42,254 bases of DNA from Malacoraja senta (GCA_038087875.1 JAXLNO010000536.1:1-42254); one strand, 5' to 3'. Shown: positions 1 through 15,808, numbered from the stretch's first letter. The notes: a model not told the origin generated them from the sequence alone. Translations and numbers: made by a program.

Positions 1-53
1 TGTTGTGTGTGTATGACATGGCTGAGAGTAGGGTTGGATGTGATAGAGCCATA
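1..53. other. Short non-repetitive flank at the left edge of the array
   Basis: TGTTGTGTGTGTATGACATGGCTGAGAGTAGGGTTGGATGTGATAGAGCCATA is the only mixed-composition sequence in the window; (GT)n begins at 54. Confidence 0.85.
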
Positions 54-1330
<1,277 letters not shown>

Positions 1331-1425
1331 GTGTGTGTGTGTGTGTGAGTCTGTATGTGTGTGTGTGAGTCTGTGTGTGTGTGTGTGTGTGTGAGTCTTT
1401 GTGTGTGTGTGTGTGTGGTGTGTGA

Positions 1426-1460
<35 letters not shown>

Positions 1461-1652
1461 TCTGTGTGTGTGTGTGTGTGTGTGTGAGTCTGTGTGTGTT
1501 GTGTGTGTGTGTCTGTGTCTGTCTGTGTGTGTGTGTGTGTGAGTCTGTGTGTGTGTGTGTGTGCGTGTGTGAGTCTGCGTGTGTGTGTGTGTGTGTGTGT
1601 GAGTCTGTGTGTGTGTGTGTGTGCGTGTGAGTCTCTGTGTGTGTGTGTGTGA

Positions 1653-1691
<39 letters not shown>

Positions 1692-1699
1692 TCTGTGTG

Positions 1700-1722
1700 T
1701 GTGTGTTTGTGTGTGTGTGTGA

Positions 1723-1796
<74 letters not shown>

Positions 1797-1981
1797 CTGT
1801 GTGTGTGTTGTGTGTGTGTGTGTGAGTCTGTGTGTGTGTGTGTGTGTGAGTCTGTGTGTGTGTGTGTGTGTGTGCATCTGTGTGTGTGTGTGTGAGTCTG
1901 TGTGTGTGTGAGTCTGTGTGTGTGTGTGTGTGTGTGAGTCTGTGTGTGTGTGTGTGTGTGTGTGAGTCTGTGTGTGTGTGA

Positions 1982-2038
<57 letters not shown>

Positions 2039-2067
2039 TGTCTGTGTGTGTGTGTGTTGATGTGTGT

Positions 2068-2109
<42 letters not shown>

Positions 2110-2230
2110 CTGTGTGTGTGTGTGTGTGTGAGTCTGTGTGCGTGTGTGTGTGTGTGTGTGTGCGTGAGTCTGTGTGCTGTGTGTGTGTGTGTGTGAGTCT
2201 GTGTGTGTGTGTGTGTGTGTGTGAGTCTGT

Positions 2231-2276
<46 letters not shown>

Positions 2277-2298
2277 CTGTGTGTGTGTGTGTGTGTGA

Positions 2299-2329
<31 letters not shown>

Positions 2330-2387
2330 AGTCTGTGTGCGTGTGTGTGTGTGTGTGAGTCTGTGTGTGTGTGTGTGTGTGTGAGTC

Positions 2388-2421
<34 letters not shown>

Positions 2422-2457
2422 GTGTGAGTCTGTGTGTGTGTGTGTGTGTGTGTGTGA

Positions 2458-2525
<68 letters not shown>

Positions 2526-2557
2526 CTGTGTTGTGTGTGTGTGTGTGTGAGTCTGTG

Positions 2558-2589
<32 letters not shown>

Positions 2590-2920
2590 AGTCTGTGTGT
2601 GTGTGTGTGTGTGTGTGAGTCTTTTGTGTGTGTGTGTGTGTGTGTGTGTGAGTCTGTGTGTGTGTGTGTGTGTGTGAGTCTGTGTGTGTGTGTGTGTGTG
2701 TGTGTGTCTGTGTGTGTGTGTGTGTGTGTGAGTCTGTGTGTGTGTGTGTGTGTGTGAGTCTGTGTATGTGTGTGTGTGAGTCTGTGTGTGTGTGTGTGTG
2801 TGTGAGAGTCTGTGTGTGTGTGTGTGTGTCTGTGTGTGTGTGTGTGTGTGTGAGTCTGTGTGTGTGTGTGGTGTGTGTGTGTGTGTGTGAGTCTGTGTGT
2901 GTGTGTATGTGTGTGAGTCT

Positions 2921-2960
<40 letters not shown>

Positions 2961-2962
2961 GA

Positions 2963-3023
<61 letters not shown>

Positions 3024-3182
3024 AGTCTGTATGTGTGTGTGTGTGTGTGTGTGTGAGTCTGTGTGTGTGTGTGTGTGTCTGTGTGTGTCTGTGTGTGTGT
3101 GTGAGTCTGTATGTGTGTGTGAGTCTGTGTGTGTGTGTGTGTGTGTGAGTCTTTGTGTGTGTGTGTGTGTGTGTGTGTGTGA

Positions 3183-3213
<31 letters not shown>

Positions 3214-3244
3214 AGTCTGTGTGTGTGTTTGTGTGTGTGTGTGA

Positions 3245-3318
<74 letters not shown>

Positions 3319-3510
3319 CTGTGTGTGTGTGTGTGTGTGTGAGTCTGTGTGTGTGTGTGTGTGTGAGTCTGTGTGTGTGTGTGTGGTGTGTGCATCTGTG
3401 TGTGTGTGTGTGAGTCTGTGTGTGTGTGAGTCTGTGTGTGTGTGTGTGTGTGTGAGTCTGTGTGTGTGTGTGTGTGTGTGTGAGTCTGTGTGTGTGTGAG
3501 TCTGTGTGTT

Positions 3511-3554
<44 letters not shown>

Positions 3555-3584
3555 TTGTCTGTGTGTGTGTGTGTTGATGTGTGT

Positions 3585-3626
<42 letters not shown>

Positions 3627-3650
3627 CTGTGTGTGTGTGTGTGTGTGAGT

Positions 3651-3683
<33 letters not shown>

Positions 3684-3750
3684 CGTGAGTCTGTGTGCGT
3701 GTGTGTGTGTGTGTGAGTCTGTGTGTGTGTGTGTGTGTGTGTGAGTCTGT

Positions 3751-3792
<42 letters not shown>

Positions 3793-3821
3793 TGAGTCTG
3801 TGTGTGTGTGTGTGTGTGTGA

Positions 3822-3856
<35 letters not shown>

Positions 3857-3909
3857 TCTGTGTGCGTGTGTGTGTGTGTGTGAGTCTGTGTGTGTGTGTG
3901 TGTGTGTGA

Positions 3910-3945
<36 letters not shown>

Positions 3946-3981
3946 GTGTGAGTCTGTGTGTGTGTGTGTGTGTGTGTGTGA

Positions 3982-4052
<71 letters not shown>

Positions 4053-4197
4053 TGTGTGTGTGTGTGTGTGTGTGTGAGTCTGTGTGTGTGTGTGTGTGTT
4101 TGTGTGTGTGTGTGAGTCTGTGTGTGTGTGTGTGTGTGTGTGAGTCTTTGTGTGTGTGTGTGTGTGTGTGTGTGAGTCTGTGAGTCTGTGTGTGTGA

Positions 4198-4229
<32 letters not shown>

Positions 4230-4301
4230 CTGTGTGTGTGTGTGTGTGTGTGAGTCTGTGTGTGTGTGTGTGTGTGTGAGTCTGTGTATGTGTGTGTGTG
4301 A

Positions 4302-4332
<31 letters not shown>

Positions 4333-4379
4333 AGTCTGTGTGTGTGTGTGTGTGTCTGTGTGTGTGTGTGTGTGTGTGA

Positions 4380-4414
<35 letters not shown>

Positions 4415-4443
4415 TCTGTGTGTGTGTGTATGTGTGTGAGTCT

Positions 4444-4483
<40 letters not shown>

Positions 4484-4485
4484 GA

Positions 4486-4544
<59 letters not shown>

Positions 4545-4701
4545 AGTCTGTATGTGTGTGTGTGTGTGTGTGTGTGAGTCTGTGTGTGTGTGTGTGTGTC
4601 TGTGTGTGTCTGTGTGTGTGTGTGAGTCTGTATGTGTGTGTGAGTCTGTGTGTGTGTGTGTGTGTGTGAGTCTTTGTGTGTGTGTGTGTGTGTGTGTGTG
4701 A

Positions 4702-4720
<19 letters not shown>
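1700..4720 (+). repeat. Tandem higher-order duplication, period ~1.52 kb (2 copies)
   Basis: Marker pairs: GTTT 1706/3227, GCATCT 1874/3392, TTGAT 2057/3574, GCGTGAG 2162/3683, GAGTCTTT 2617/4142 and 3147/4668. Confidence 0.85.
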
Positions 4721-4736
<16 letters not shown>

Positions 4737-4815
4737 TCTGTGTGTGTGTGTGTGTGTGTGAGTCTGTGTGTGTGTGTGTGTGTGTCTGTGTCTGTCTGTG
4801 TGTGTGTGTGTGTGA

Positions 4816-4846
<31 letters not shown>

Positions 4847-5001
4847 AGTCTGTGTGTGTGTGTGTGTGTGAGTCTGTGTGTGTGTGTGTGTGTGCGTGTG
4901 TGAGTCTCTGTGTGTGTGTGTGAGTCTGTGTGTGTGTGTGAGTCTGTGTGTGTGTGTGTGTGTGTGTGTGAGTCTGTGTGTGTGTGTGTGTGTGTGTGTG
5001 A

Positions 5002-5033
<32 letters not shown>

Positions 5034-5148
5034 CTGTGTGTGTGTGTGTGTGTGAGTCTGTGTGTGTGTGTGTGTGTGTGTGTGAGTCTGTGTGTGTGTG
5101 TGTGTGTGTGTGCATCTGTGTGTGTGTGTGTGTGAGTCTGTGTGTGGA

Positions 5149-5191
<43 letters not shown>

Positions 5192-5215
5192 TGTCTGTGG
5201 TGTGTGTGTTGATGA

Positions 5216-5252
<37 letters not shown>

Positions 5253-5275
5253 TCTGTGTGTGTGTGTGTGTGTGA

Positions 5276-5326
<51 letters not shown>

Positions 5327-5362
5327 TGTCTGTGTGTGTGTGTGTTGATGTGTGTGTGTGTC

Positions 5363-5397
<35 letters not shown>

Positions 5398-5421
5398 CTG
5401 TGTGTGTGTGTGTGTGTGTGA

Positions 5422-5449
<28 letters not shown>

Positions 5450-5456
<7 letters not shown>

Positions 5457-5481
5457 TGTGTGCGTGTGTGTGTGTGTGTGA

Positions 5482-5512
<31 letters not shown>

Positions 5513-5671
5513 AGTCTGTGTGTCTGTGTGTGTGTGTGTGTGTGGTGTGTGTATGTGTGAGTCTGTGTGTTGTGTGTGTGTGTGAGTCTGTGTGTGTGTG
5601 TGTGTGTGTGTGAGTCTGTGTGCGTGTGTGTGTGTGTGTGTGAGTCTGTGTGTGTGTGTGTGTGTGTGTGA

Positions 5672-5707
<36 letters not shown>

Positions 5708-5713
5708 GTGTGA

Positions 5714-5750
<37 letters not shown>

Positions 5751-5779
5751 TCTGTGTGTGTGTGTGTGTGTGTGTGTGA

Positions 5780-5830
<51 letters not shown>

Positions 5831-6645
5831 TCTGTGTGTTGTGTGTGTGTGTGAGTCTGTGTGTGTGTGTGTGTGTTTGGTGTGTGTGTGTGTGAGTCTG
5901 TGTGTGTGTGTGTGAGTCTGTGTGTGTGTGTGTGTGTGGAGTCTTTGTGTGTGTGTGTGTGTGTGTGTGTGTGAGTCTGTGTGTGTGTGTGTGTGTGTGT
6001 GTGAGTCTGTGTGTGTGTGTGTGTGTGTGGTGTGTCTGTGTGTGTGTCTGTGTGTGAGTCTGTGTGTGTGTGTGTGTGTGTGTGAGTCTGTGTATGTGTG
6101 TGTGTGTGTGAGTCTGTGTGTGTGTGTGTGTGTGTGTGTGAGAGTCTGTGTGTGTGTGTGTCTCTGTGTGTGTGTGTGTGTGAGTCTGTGTGTGTGTGTG
6201 TGTGTGAGTCTGGTGGTGTGTGTGTGTGTGTGTGTGTGAGTCTGTGTGTGTGTGTGTGTGTGTGTGTCTGTGTGTGTCTGTGTGTGTGTGTGAGTCTGTA
6301 TGTGTGTGTGAGTCTGTGTGTGTGTGTGTGTGTGTGTGTGAGTCTTTGTGTGTGTGTGTGTGTGTGTGAGTCTGTGTGTGTGTGTGTGTGTGTGTGTGAG
6401 TCTGTGTGTGTGTGTGTGTGTGAGTCTGTGAGTGTGTGTGTGTGTGTGTCTGTGTCTGTCTGTGTGTGTGTGTGAGTCTGTGTGTGTGTGTGTGTGTGTG
6501 TGTGAGTCTGTGTGTGTGTGTGTGTGTGTGTGTGAGTCTGTGTGTGTGTGTGTGTGCGTGTGTGAGTCTCTGTGTGTGTGTGTGTGAGTCTGTGTGTGTG
6601 TGTGTGTGTGTGTGAGTCTGTGTGTGTGTTTGTGTGTGTGTGTGA

Positions 6646-6711
<66 letters not shown>

Positions 6712-6857
6712 CTGTGTGTGTGTGTGTGTGTGAGTCTGTGTGTGTGTGTGTGTGTGTGTGTGAGTCTGTGTGTGTGTGTGTGTGTGTGTGCATCTGTGTG
6801 TGTGTGTGTGTGAGTCTGTGTGTGTGTGAGTCTGTGTGTGTGTGTGTGTGTGTGTGA

Positions 6858-6894
<37 letters not shown>

Positions 6895-6921
6895 TCTGTG
6901 TGTGTGTGTGTGTGTGTGTGA

Positions 6922-6966
<45 letters not shown>

Positions 6967-6996
6967 TGTGTGTGTGTGTGTTGATGTGTGTGTGTC

Positions 6997-7029
<33 letters not shown>

Positions 7030-7108
7030 CTGTGTGTGTGTGTGTGTGTGTGTGAGTCTGTGTGTGTGTGTGTGTGTGTGTGTGAGTCTGTGTGCTGTGT
7101 GTGTGTGA

Positions 7109-7154
<46 letters not shown>

Positions 7155-7304
7155 CTGTGTGTGTGTGTGTGTGTGTGTGAGTCTGTGTGTGTGTGTGTGT
7201 GTGTGTGTGAGTCTGTGTGCGTGTGTGTGTGTGTGTGAGTCTGTGTGTGTGTGTGTGTGTGTGTGAGTCTGTGTGTGTGTGTGTGTGTGTGCGCGTGTGT
7301 GTGA

Positions 7305-7335
<31 letters not shown>

Positions 7336-7336
7336 A

Positions 7337-7410
<74 letters not shown>

Positions 7411-7610
7411 CTGTGTCTGTCTGTGTGTGTGTGTGTGTGAGTCTGTGTGTGTGTGTGTGTGTGAGTCTGTGTGTGTGTGTGTGTGTGTGTGTGAGTCTGT
7501 GTGTGTGTGTGTGTGTGTGCGTGTGTGAGTCTCTGTGTGTGTGTGTGTGAGTCTGTGTGTGTGTGTGTGTGTGTGTGTGAGTCTGTGTGTGTGTTTGTGT
7601 GTGTGTGTGA

Positions 7611-7678
<68 letters not shown>

Positions 7679-7704
7679 CTGTGTGTGTGTGTGTGTGTGT
7701 GTGA

Positions 7705-7735
<31 letters not shown>

Positions 7736-7828
7736 AGTCTGTGTGTGTGTGTGTGTGTGTGTGCATCTGTGTGTGTGTGTGTGTGTGTCTGTGTGTGTGT
7801 GAGTCTGTGTGTGTGTGTGTGTGTGTGA

Positions 7829-7867
<39 letters not shown>

Positions 7868-7921
7868 TCTGTGTGTGTGTGTGTGGTGTGTGAGTCTGTG
7901 TGTGTGTGTGTGTGTGTGTGA

Positions 7922-7996
<75 letters not shown>

Positions 7997-8023
7997 GTCT
8001 GTGTGTGTGTGTGTGTGTGTGTG

Positions 8024-8058
<35 letters not shown>

Positions 8059-8111
8059 TCTGTGTGTGTGTGTGTGTGTGTGGTGTGTGTGCTCTGTGTG
8101 TGTGTGTGTGA

Positions 8112-8145
<34 letters not shown>

Positions 8146-8198
8146 CTGTGTGTGTGTGTGTGTGGTGTGTGAGTCTGTGTGTGTGTGTGTGTGTGTGA

Positions 8199-8229
<31 letters not shown>

Positions 8230-8301
8230 AGTCTGTGTGCGTGTGTGTGTGTGTGTGAGTCTGTGTGTGTGTGTGTGTGTTGGTGTGTGAGTCTGTGTGT
8301 C

Positions 8302-8334
<33 letters not shown>

Positions 8335-8445
8335 CTGTGTGTGTGTGTGTGTGTGTGAGTCTGTGTGTGTGTGTGTGTGTGTGTGAGTCTGTGTGCGTGT
8401 GTGTGTGTGTGTGTTGAGTCTGTGTGTGTGTGTGTGTGTGTGTGA

Positions 8446-8481
<36 letters not shown>

Positions 8482-8487
8482 GTGTGA

Positions 8488-8522
<35 letters not shown>

Positions 8523-8551
8523 TCTGTGTGTGTGTGTGTGTGTGTGTGTGA

Positions 8552-8594
<43 letters not shown>

Positions 8595-8630
8595 GTGTGG
8601 TCTGTGTGTGTGTGTGTGTGTGAGTCTGTG

Positions 8631-8662
<32 letters not shown>

Positions 8663-8713
8663 AGTCTGTGTGTGTGTGTGTGAGTCTGTGTGTGTGTGTG
8701 TGTGGTGTGAGTC

Positions 8714-8747
<34 letters not shown>

Positions 8748-8975
8748 TCTGTGTGTGTGTGTGTGTGTGTGTGAGTCTGTGTGTGTGTGTGTGTGTGTGT
8801 GTCTGTGTGTGTGTCTGTGTGTGAGTCTGTGTGTGTGTGTGTGTGTGTGAGTCTGTGTATGTGTGTGTGTGTGTGAGTCTGTGTGTGTGTGTGTGTGTGT
8901 GTGTGAGAGTCTGTGTGTGTGTGTGTCTCTGTGGTGTGTGTGTGTGTGAGTCTGTGTGTGTGTGTGTGTGTGTGA

Positions 8976-9006
<31 letters not shown>

Positions 9007-9424
9007 AGTCTGTGTGTGTGTGTGTGTGTGTCTGTGTGTGTCTGTGTGTGTCTGTGTGTGTGTGTGTGAGTCTGTATGTGTGTGTGAGTCTGTGTGTGTG
9101 TGTGTGTGTGTGTGTGAGTCTTTGTGTGTGTGTGTGTGTGTGTGAGTCTGTGTGTGTGTGTGTGTGTGTGTGTGAGTCTGTGTGTGTGTGTGTGTGTGAG
9201 TCTGTGAGTGTGTGTGTGTGTGTGTCTGTGTCTGTCTGTGTGTGTGTGTGTGAGTCTGTGTGTGTGTGTGTGTGTGAGTCTGTGTGTGTGTGTGTGTGTG
9301 TGTGTGAGTCTGTGTGTGTGTGTGTGTGTGTGCGTGTGTGAGTCTCTGTGTGTGTGTGTGTGAGTCTGTGTGTGTGTGTTGTGTGTGTGTGTGAGTCTGT
9401 GTGTGTGTTTGTGTGTGTGTGTGA

Positions 9425-9497
<73 letters not shown>

Positions 9498-9520
9498 TGT
9501 GTGTGTGTGTGTGTGTGTGA

Positions 9521-9551
<31 letters not shown>

Positions 9552-9645
9552 AGTCTGTGTGTGTTGTGTGTGTGTGTGTGCATCTGTGTGTGTGTGTGTG
9601 TGAGTCTGTGTGTGTGTGAGTCTGTGTGTGTGTGTGTGTGTGTGT

Positions 9646-9684
<39 letters not shown>

Positions 9685-9709
9685 TGTGTGTGTGTGTGTG
9701 TGTGTGTGA

Positions 9710-9752
<43 letters not shown>

Positions 9753-9781
9753 TGTGTGTGTGTGTGTGATGTGTGTGTGTC

Positions 9782-9816
<35 letters not shown>

Positions 9817-9896
9817 CTGTGTGTGTGTGTGTGTGTGTGTGAGTCTGTGTGTGTGTGTGTGTGTGTGTGTGAGTCTGTGTGCGTGTGTGTGTGTGA

Positions 9897-9940
<44 letters not shown>

Positions 9941-10088
9941 CTGTGTGTGTGTGTGTGTGTGTGAGTCTGTGTGTGTGTGTGTGTGTGTGTGTGAGTCTGT
10001 GTGCGTGTGTGTGTGTGTGTGAGTCTGTGTGTGTGTGTGTGTGTGTGTGAGTCTGTGTGTGTGTGTGTGTGTGTGTGCGTGTGTGTGA

Positions 10089-10119
<31 letters not shown>

Positions 10120-10120
10120 A

Positions 10121-10161
<41 letters not shown>

Positions 10162-10244
10162 TCTGTGTGTGTGTGTGTGTGTGTGTGTGTCTGTGTCTGT
10201 CTGTGTGTGTGTGTGTGTGAGTCTGTGTGTGTGTGTGTGTGTGA

Positions 10245-10279
<35 letters not shown>

Positions 10280-10429
10280 TCTGTGTGTGTGTGTGTGTGT
10301 GTGCGTGTGTGAGTCTCTGTGTGTGTGTGTGTGAGTCTGTGTGTGTGTGTGTGTGTGTGTGTGAGTCTGTGTGTGTGTTTGTGTGTGTGTGTGAGTCTGT
10401 GTGTGGTGTGTGTGTGTGTGTGTGTGTGA

Positions 10430-10488
<59 letters not shown>

Positions 10489-10615
10489 AGTCTGTGTGTG
10501 TGTGGTGTGTGTGTGTGTGTGAGTCTGTGTGTGTGTGTGTGTGTGTGTGTGCATCTGTGGTGTGTGTGTGTGAGTCTGTGTGTGTGTGAGTCTGTGTGTG
10601 TGTGTGTGTGTGTGA

Positions 10616-10650
<35 letters not shown>
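5450..10650 (+). repeat. Higher-order duplication, offset ~2.78 kb
   Basis: Marker pairs: GAGTCTTT 5939/8709 and 6340/9116, GAGAGTCT 6140/8905, GAGTCTCT 6566/9340 and 7528/10311, GCATCT 6790/9580 and 7763/10551. Confidence 0.85.
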
Positions 10651-10652
<2 letters not shown>

Positions 10653-10675
10653 TCTGTGTGTGTGTGTGTGTGTGA

Positions 10676-10710
<35 letters not shown>

Positions 10711-10831
10711 TCTGTGTGTGTGTGTGTGTGTGTGTGTCTGTGTGTGAGTCTGTGTGTGTGTGTGTGTGTGTGTGTGTCTGTGTCTGTCTGTGTGTGTGTG
10801 TGTGTGAGTCTGTGTGTGTGTGTGTGTGTGA

Positions 10832-10870
<39 letters not shown>

Positions 10871-10987
10871 TCTGTGTGTGTGTGTGTGTGTGTGTGCGTG
10901 TGTGAGTCTCTGTGTGTGTGTGTGTGAGTCTGTGTGTGTGTGTGTGTGTGTGTGAGTCTGTGTGTGTGTTTGTGTGTGTGTGTGTGA

Positions 10988-11053
<66 letters not shown>

Positions 11054-11080
11054 CTGTGTTGTGTGTGTGTGTGTGTGTGA

Positions 11081-11111
<31 letters not shown>

Positions 11112-11204
11112 AGTCTGTGTGTGTGTGTGTGTGTGTGTGCATCTGTGTGTGTGTGTGTGTGAGTCTGTGTGTGTGTGAGTCTGTGTGTGTGTGTGTGTGT
11201 GTGA

Positions 11205-11239
<35 letters not shown>

Positions 11240-11250
11240 TCTGTGTGTGT
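10100..11250 (+). repeat. Tandem duplication, period ~0.59 kb
   Basis: TCTGTGTCTGTCTG ~10190/10777, GAGTCTCT 10311/10904, GTTT ~10377/10968, GCATCT 10551/11139. Confidence 0.8.
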
Positions 11251-11325
11251 GTGTGTGTGTGTGAGTCTGTGTGTGTGTGTGTGTGTGTGTGTGTCTGTGT
11301 GTGTGTGTGTTGATGTGTGTGTGTC

Positions 11326-11358
<33 letters not shown>

Positions 11359-11384
11359 CTGTGTGTGTGTGTGTGTGTGTGTGA

Positions 11385-11415
<31 letters not shown>

Positions 11416-11440
11416 AGTCTGTGTGCGTGTGTGTGTGTGA

Positions 11441-11475
<35 letters not shown>

Positions 11476-11480
11476 AGTGA

Positions 11481-11545
<65 letters not shown>

Positions 11546-11639
11546 AGTCTGTGTGCGTGTGTGTGTGTGTGAGTCTGTGTGTGTGTGTGTGTGGTGTGTG
11601 AGTCTGTGTGTGTGTGTGTGTGTGTGTGCGTGTGTGTGA

Positions 11640-11714
<75 letters not shown>

Positions 11715-11767
11715 TCTGTGTGTGTGTGTGTGTGTGTGTGAGTCCGTGTGTGTGTGTGTGTGTGTGA

Positions 11768-11798
<31 letters not shown>

Positions 11799-11858
11799 AG
11801 TCTGTGTGTGTGTGTTGTGTGTGTGTGTGTGTCTGTGTGTGGTGTGTGTGTGTGAGTC

Positions 11859-11916
<58 letters not shown>

Positions 11917-11946
11917 AGTCTGTGTGTGGTGTGTGTGTGTGTGTGT

Positions 11947-11977
<31 letters not shown>

Positions 11978-11978
11978 A

Positions 11979-12009
<31 letters not shown>

Positions 12010-12103
12010 AGCTGTGTGTGTGTGTGTGTGTGTGTGTGCATCTGTGTGTGTGTGTGTGTGAGTCTGTGTGTGTGTGAGTCTGTGTGTGTGTGTGTGTGTG
12101 TGA

Positions 12104-12140
<37 letters not shown>

Positions 12141-12167
12141 TCTGTGTGTGTGTGTGTGTGTGTGTGA

Positions 12168-12202
<35 letters not shown>

Positions 12203-12231
12203 TTGTGTGTGTGTGTTGATGTGTGTGTGTC

Positions 12232-12266
<35 letters not shown>

Positions 12267-12290
12267 CTGTGTGTGTGTGTGTGTGTGTGA

Positions 12291-12325
<35 letters not shown>

Positions 12326-12349
12326 TCTGTGTGCGTGTGTGTGTGTGGA

Positions 12350-12388
<39 letters not shown>

Positions 12389-12535
12389 AGTGAGTCTGTG
12401 TGTGTGTGTGTGAGTCTGTGTGTGTGTGTGTGTGTGTGTGTGAGTCTGTGTGCGTGTGTGTGTGTGTGAGTCTGTGTGTGTGTGTGTGTGTGTGTGAGTC
12501 TGTGTGTGTGTGTGTGTGTGTGTGCGTGTGTGTGA

Positions 12536-12604
<69 letters not shown>

Positions 12605-12655
12605 TCTGTGTGTGTGTGTGTGTGTGTGTGAGTCCGTGTGTGTGTGTGTGTGTGA

Positions 12656-12702
<47 letters not shown>

Positions 12703-12767
12703 TCTGTGTGTGTGTGTGTATGTGTGTGTGGTGTGTGTCTGTGTGTGTGTGTGTGTGTGTGTGAGTC

Positions 12768-12798
<31 letters not shown>

Positions 12799-12820
12799 CT
12801 GTGTGTGTGTGTGTGTGTGT
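11050..12820 (+). repeat. Tandem duplication, period ~0.90 kb
   Basis: GCATCT 11139/12038, TTGAT 11310/12216, ATGAGTGAGTCT 11473/12386, GAGTCCG 11740/12630. Confidence 0.85.
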
Positions 12821-12897
12821 GAGTCTGTGTGTGTGTGAGTCTGTCTGTGTGTGTGTATGTGTGTGTGTGTGTCTGTGTGTGTGTGTGTGTGTGTGGA

Positions 12898-12936
<39 letters not shown>

Positions 12937-13139
12937 AGTCTGTGTGTGTGTGTATGTGTGTGTGTGTGTGTCTGTGTGTGTGTGTGTGTGTGTGTGAGTC
13001 TGTGTGTGTGTGTGTGTGTGTGAGTCTGTGTATGGGGTGTGTGTGTGTGTGTGTGTCTGTGTGGTGTGTGTGAGTCTGTGTGTGTGTGTGAGTCTGTGTG
13101 TGTGTGTGTGTGTGTGAGTCTGTGTGTGTGTGTGTGTGT

Positions 13140-13170
<31 letters not shown>

Positions 13171-13171
13171 A

Positions 13172-13240
<69 letters not shown>

Positions 13241-13310
13241 TCTGTGTGTGTGTGTGTGTGTGTGTGTGAGTCTGTGTGTGTGTGTGTGTGTGTGAGTCTG
13301 TGTGTGTGTC

Positions 13311-13345
<35 letters not shown>

Positions 13346-13614
13346 CTTGTGTGTGTGTGTGAGTCTGTGTGTGTGTGTGTGTGAGTCTGTGTGTGTGTGG
13401 TGTGTGTGTGTGTGTCTGTGTGTGTGTGTGTGTGTGAGTGTCTGTGTGTGTGTGTGTGTGTGTGAGTCTGTGTGTGTGTGTGTGCGTGTGTGTGTGTGTG
13501 AGTGTGTGTGTTGTGTGTGTGTGTGAGTGAGTCTGTGTGTGTGTGTGTGTGTGTGTGTGTCTGTGTGTGTGTGTGTGTGTGTCTGTCTGTGTGTGTGTGT
13601 GTGTGAGTCTGTGT

Positions 13615-13657
<43 letters not shown>

Positions 13658-13735
13658 TCTGTGTGTGTGTGTGTGTGTGTGTGGTCTGTGTGTGTGGTGT
13701 GTGTGAGTCTGTGTGTGTGTGTGTGTGTGTGAGTC

Positions 13736-13769
<34 letters not shown>

Positions 13770-13770
13770 T

Positions 13771-13812
<42 letters not shown>

Positions 13813-13842
13813 GAGTCTGTGTGTGTGTGTGTGTGTGAGTCT

Positions 13843-13849
<7 letters not shown>

Positions 13850-13873
<24 letters not shown>

Positions 13874-13898
13874 AGTCTGTGTGTGTGTGTGTGTGTGT

Positions 13899-13937
<39 letters not shown>

Positions 13938-13939
13938 TC

Positions 13940-13975
<36 letters not shown>

Positions 13976-14065
13976 TCTGTGTGTGTGTGTGTGTGTGTGT
14001 GTCTGTGTGTGTGTGTGAGTCTGTATGTGTGTGTGTGTGAGTCTGTGTGTGTGTGTGTGTGAGTC

Positions 14066-14133
<68 letters not shown>

Positions 14134-14134
14134 A

Positions 14135-14169
<35 letters not shown>

Positions 14170-14429
14170 TGTGTCTGTGTGTGTGTTGTGTGTGTGAGTC
14201 TGTGTGTGTGTGTGTGTGTGTGTGTGTCTGTGTCTGTGTGTGTGTGTGTGTGTGTGAGTCTGTGTGTGTGTGTGTGTGTGTGTGTGTCTGTGTGTGTGTG
14301 TGTGTGTGTGTGAGTCTGTGTGTGTGTGTGTGTGTGTGTGTGAGTCTGTGTGTGTGTGTGTGTGTGTGCATCTGTGTGTGTGTGTGTGAGTCTGTGTGTG
14401 TGTGAGTCTGTGTGTGTGTGTGTGTGTGA

Positions 14430-14460
<31 letters not shown>

Positions 14461-14489
14461 AGTCTGTGTGTGTGTGTGTGTGTGTGTGA

Positions 14490-14521
<32 letters not shown>

Positions 14522-14554
14522 CTGTGTGTGTGTGTGTTGATGTGTGTGTGTGTC

Positions 14555-14589
<35 letters not shown>

Positions 14590-14611
14590 CTGTGTGTGTG
14601 TGTGTGTGTGA

Positions 14612-14646
<35 letters not shown>

Positions 14647-14703
14647 TCTGTGTGCGTGTGTGTGTGTGTGTGAGTCTGTGTGTGTGTGTGTGTGTGTGTG
14701 TGA

Positions 14704-14751
<48 letters not shown>

Positions 14752-14935
14752 CTGTGTGTGTGTGTGTGTGTGTGAGTCTGTGTGTATTTGTGTGTGTGTG
14801 TGTGTGAGTCTGTGTGCGTGTGTGTGTGTGTGAGTCTGTGTGTGTGTGTGTGAGTCTGTGTGTGTGTGTGTGTGTGTGTGAGTCTGTGTGTGTGTGTGTG
14901 TGCATGTGAGTCTGTGTGTGTGTGTGTGTGTGTGT

Positions 14936-14972
<37 letters not shown>

Positions 14973-15047
14973 TCTGTATGTGTGTGTGTGTGTGTGTGGG
15001 TGTGTCTGTGTGTGTGTGTGTGTGTGAGTCTGTGTGTGTGTGAGTCT

Positions 15048-15092
<45 letters not shown>

Positions 15093-15117
15093 TCTGTGTG
15101 TGTGTGTGTGTGTGTGT

Positions 15118-15148
<31 letters not shown>

Positions 15149-15279
15149 AGTCTGTATGTGTGTGTGTGTGTGTGTGTGTGAGTCTGTGTGTGTGTGTGTG
15201 TGTGTGTCTGTGTGTGTGTGTGAGTCTGTATGTGTGTGTGTGTGAGTCTTTGTGTGTGTGTGTGTGTGTGTGTGTGTGA

Positions 15280-15314
<35 letters not shown>

Positions 15315-15401
15315 AGTCTGTGTGTGTGTGTGTGTGTGAGTCTGTGTGTGTGTGTGTGTGTGTGTGTGTCTGTGTCTGTGTGTGTGTGTGTGTGTGTGTG
15401 A

Positions 15402-15470
<69 letters not shown>

Positions 15471-15613
15471 TGTGTGTGTGTGTGTGTGTGTGTGAGTCTG
15501 TGTGTGTGTGTGTGTGTGTGTGTGAGTCTGTGTGTGTGTGTGTGTGTGCATCTGTGTGTGTGTGTGTGAGTCTGTGTGTGTGTGAGTCTGTGTGTGTGTG
15601 TGTGTGTGTGAGA

Positions 15614-15650
<37 letters not shown>

Positions 15651-15718
15651 TCTGTGTGTGTGTGTGAGTCTGTGTGTGTGTGTGTGTCTGTGTGTGTGTG
15701 TGTTGATGTGTGTGTGTC

Positions 15719-15753
<35 letters not shown>

Positions 15754-15771
15754 CTGTGTGTGTGTGTGTGA

Positions 15772-15808
<37 letters not shown>

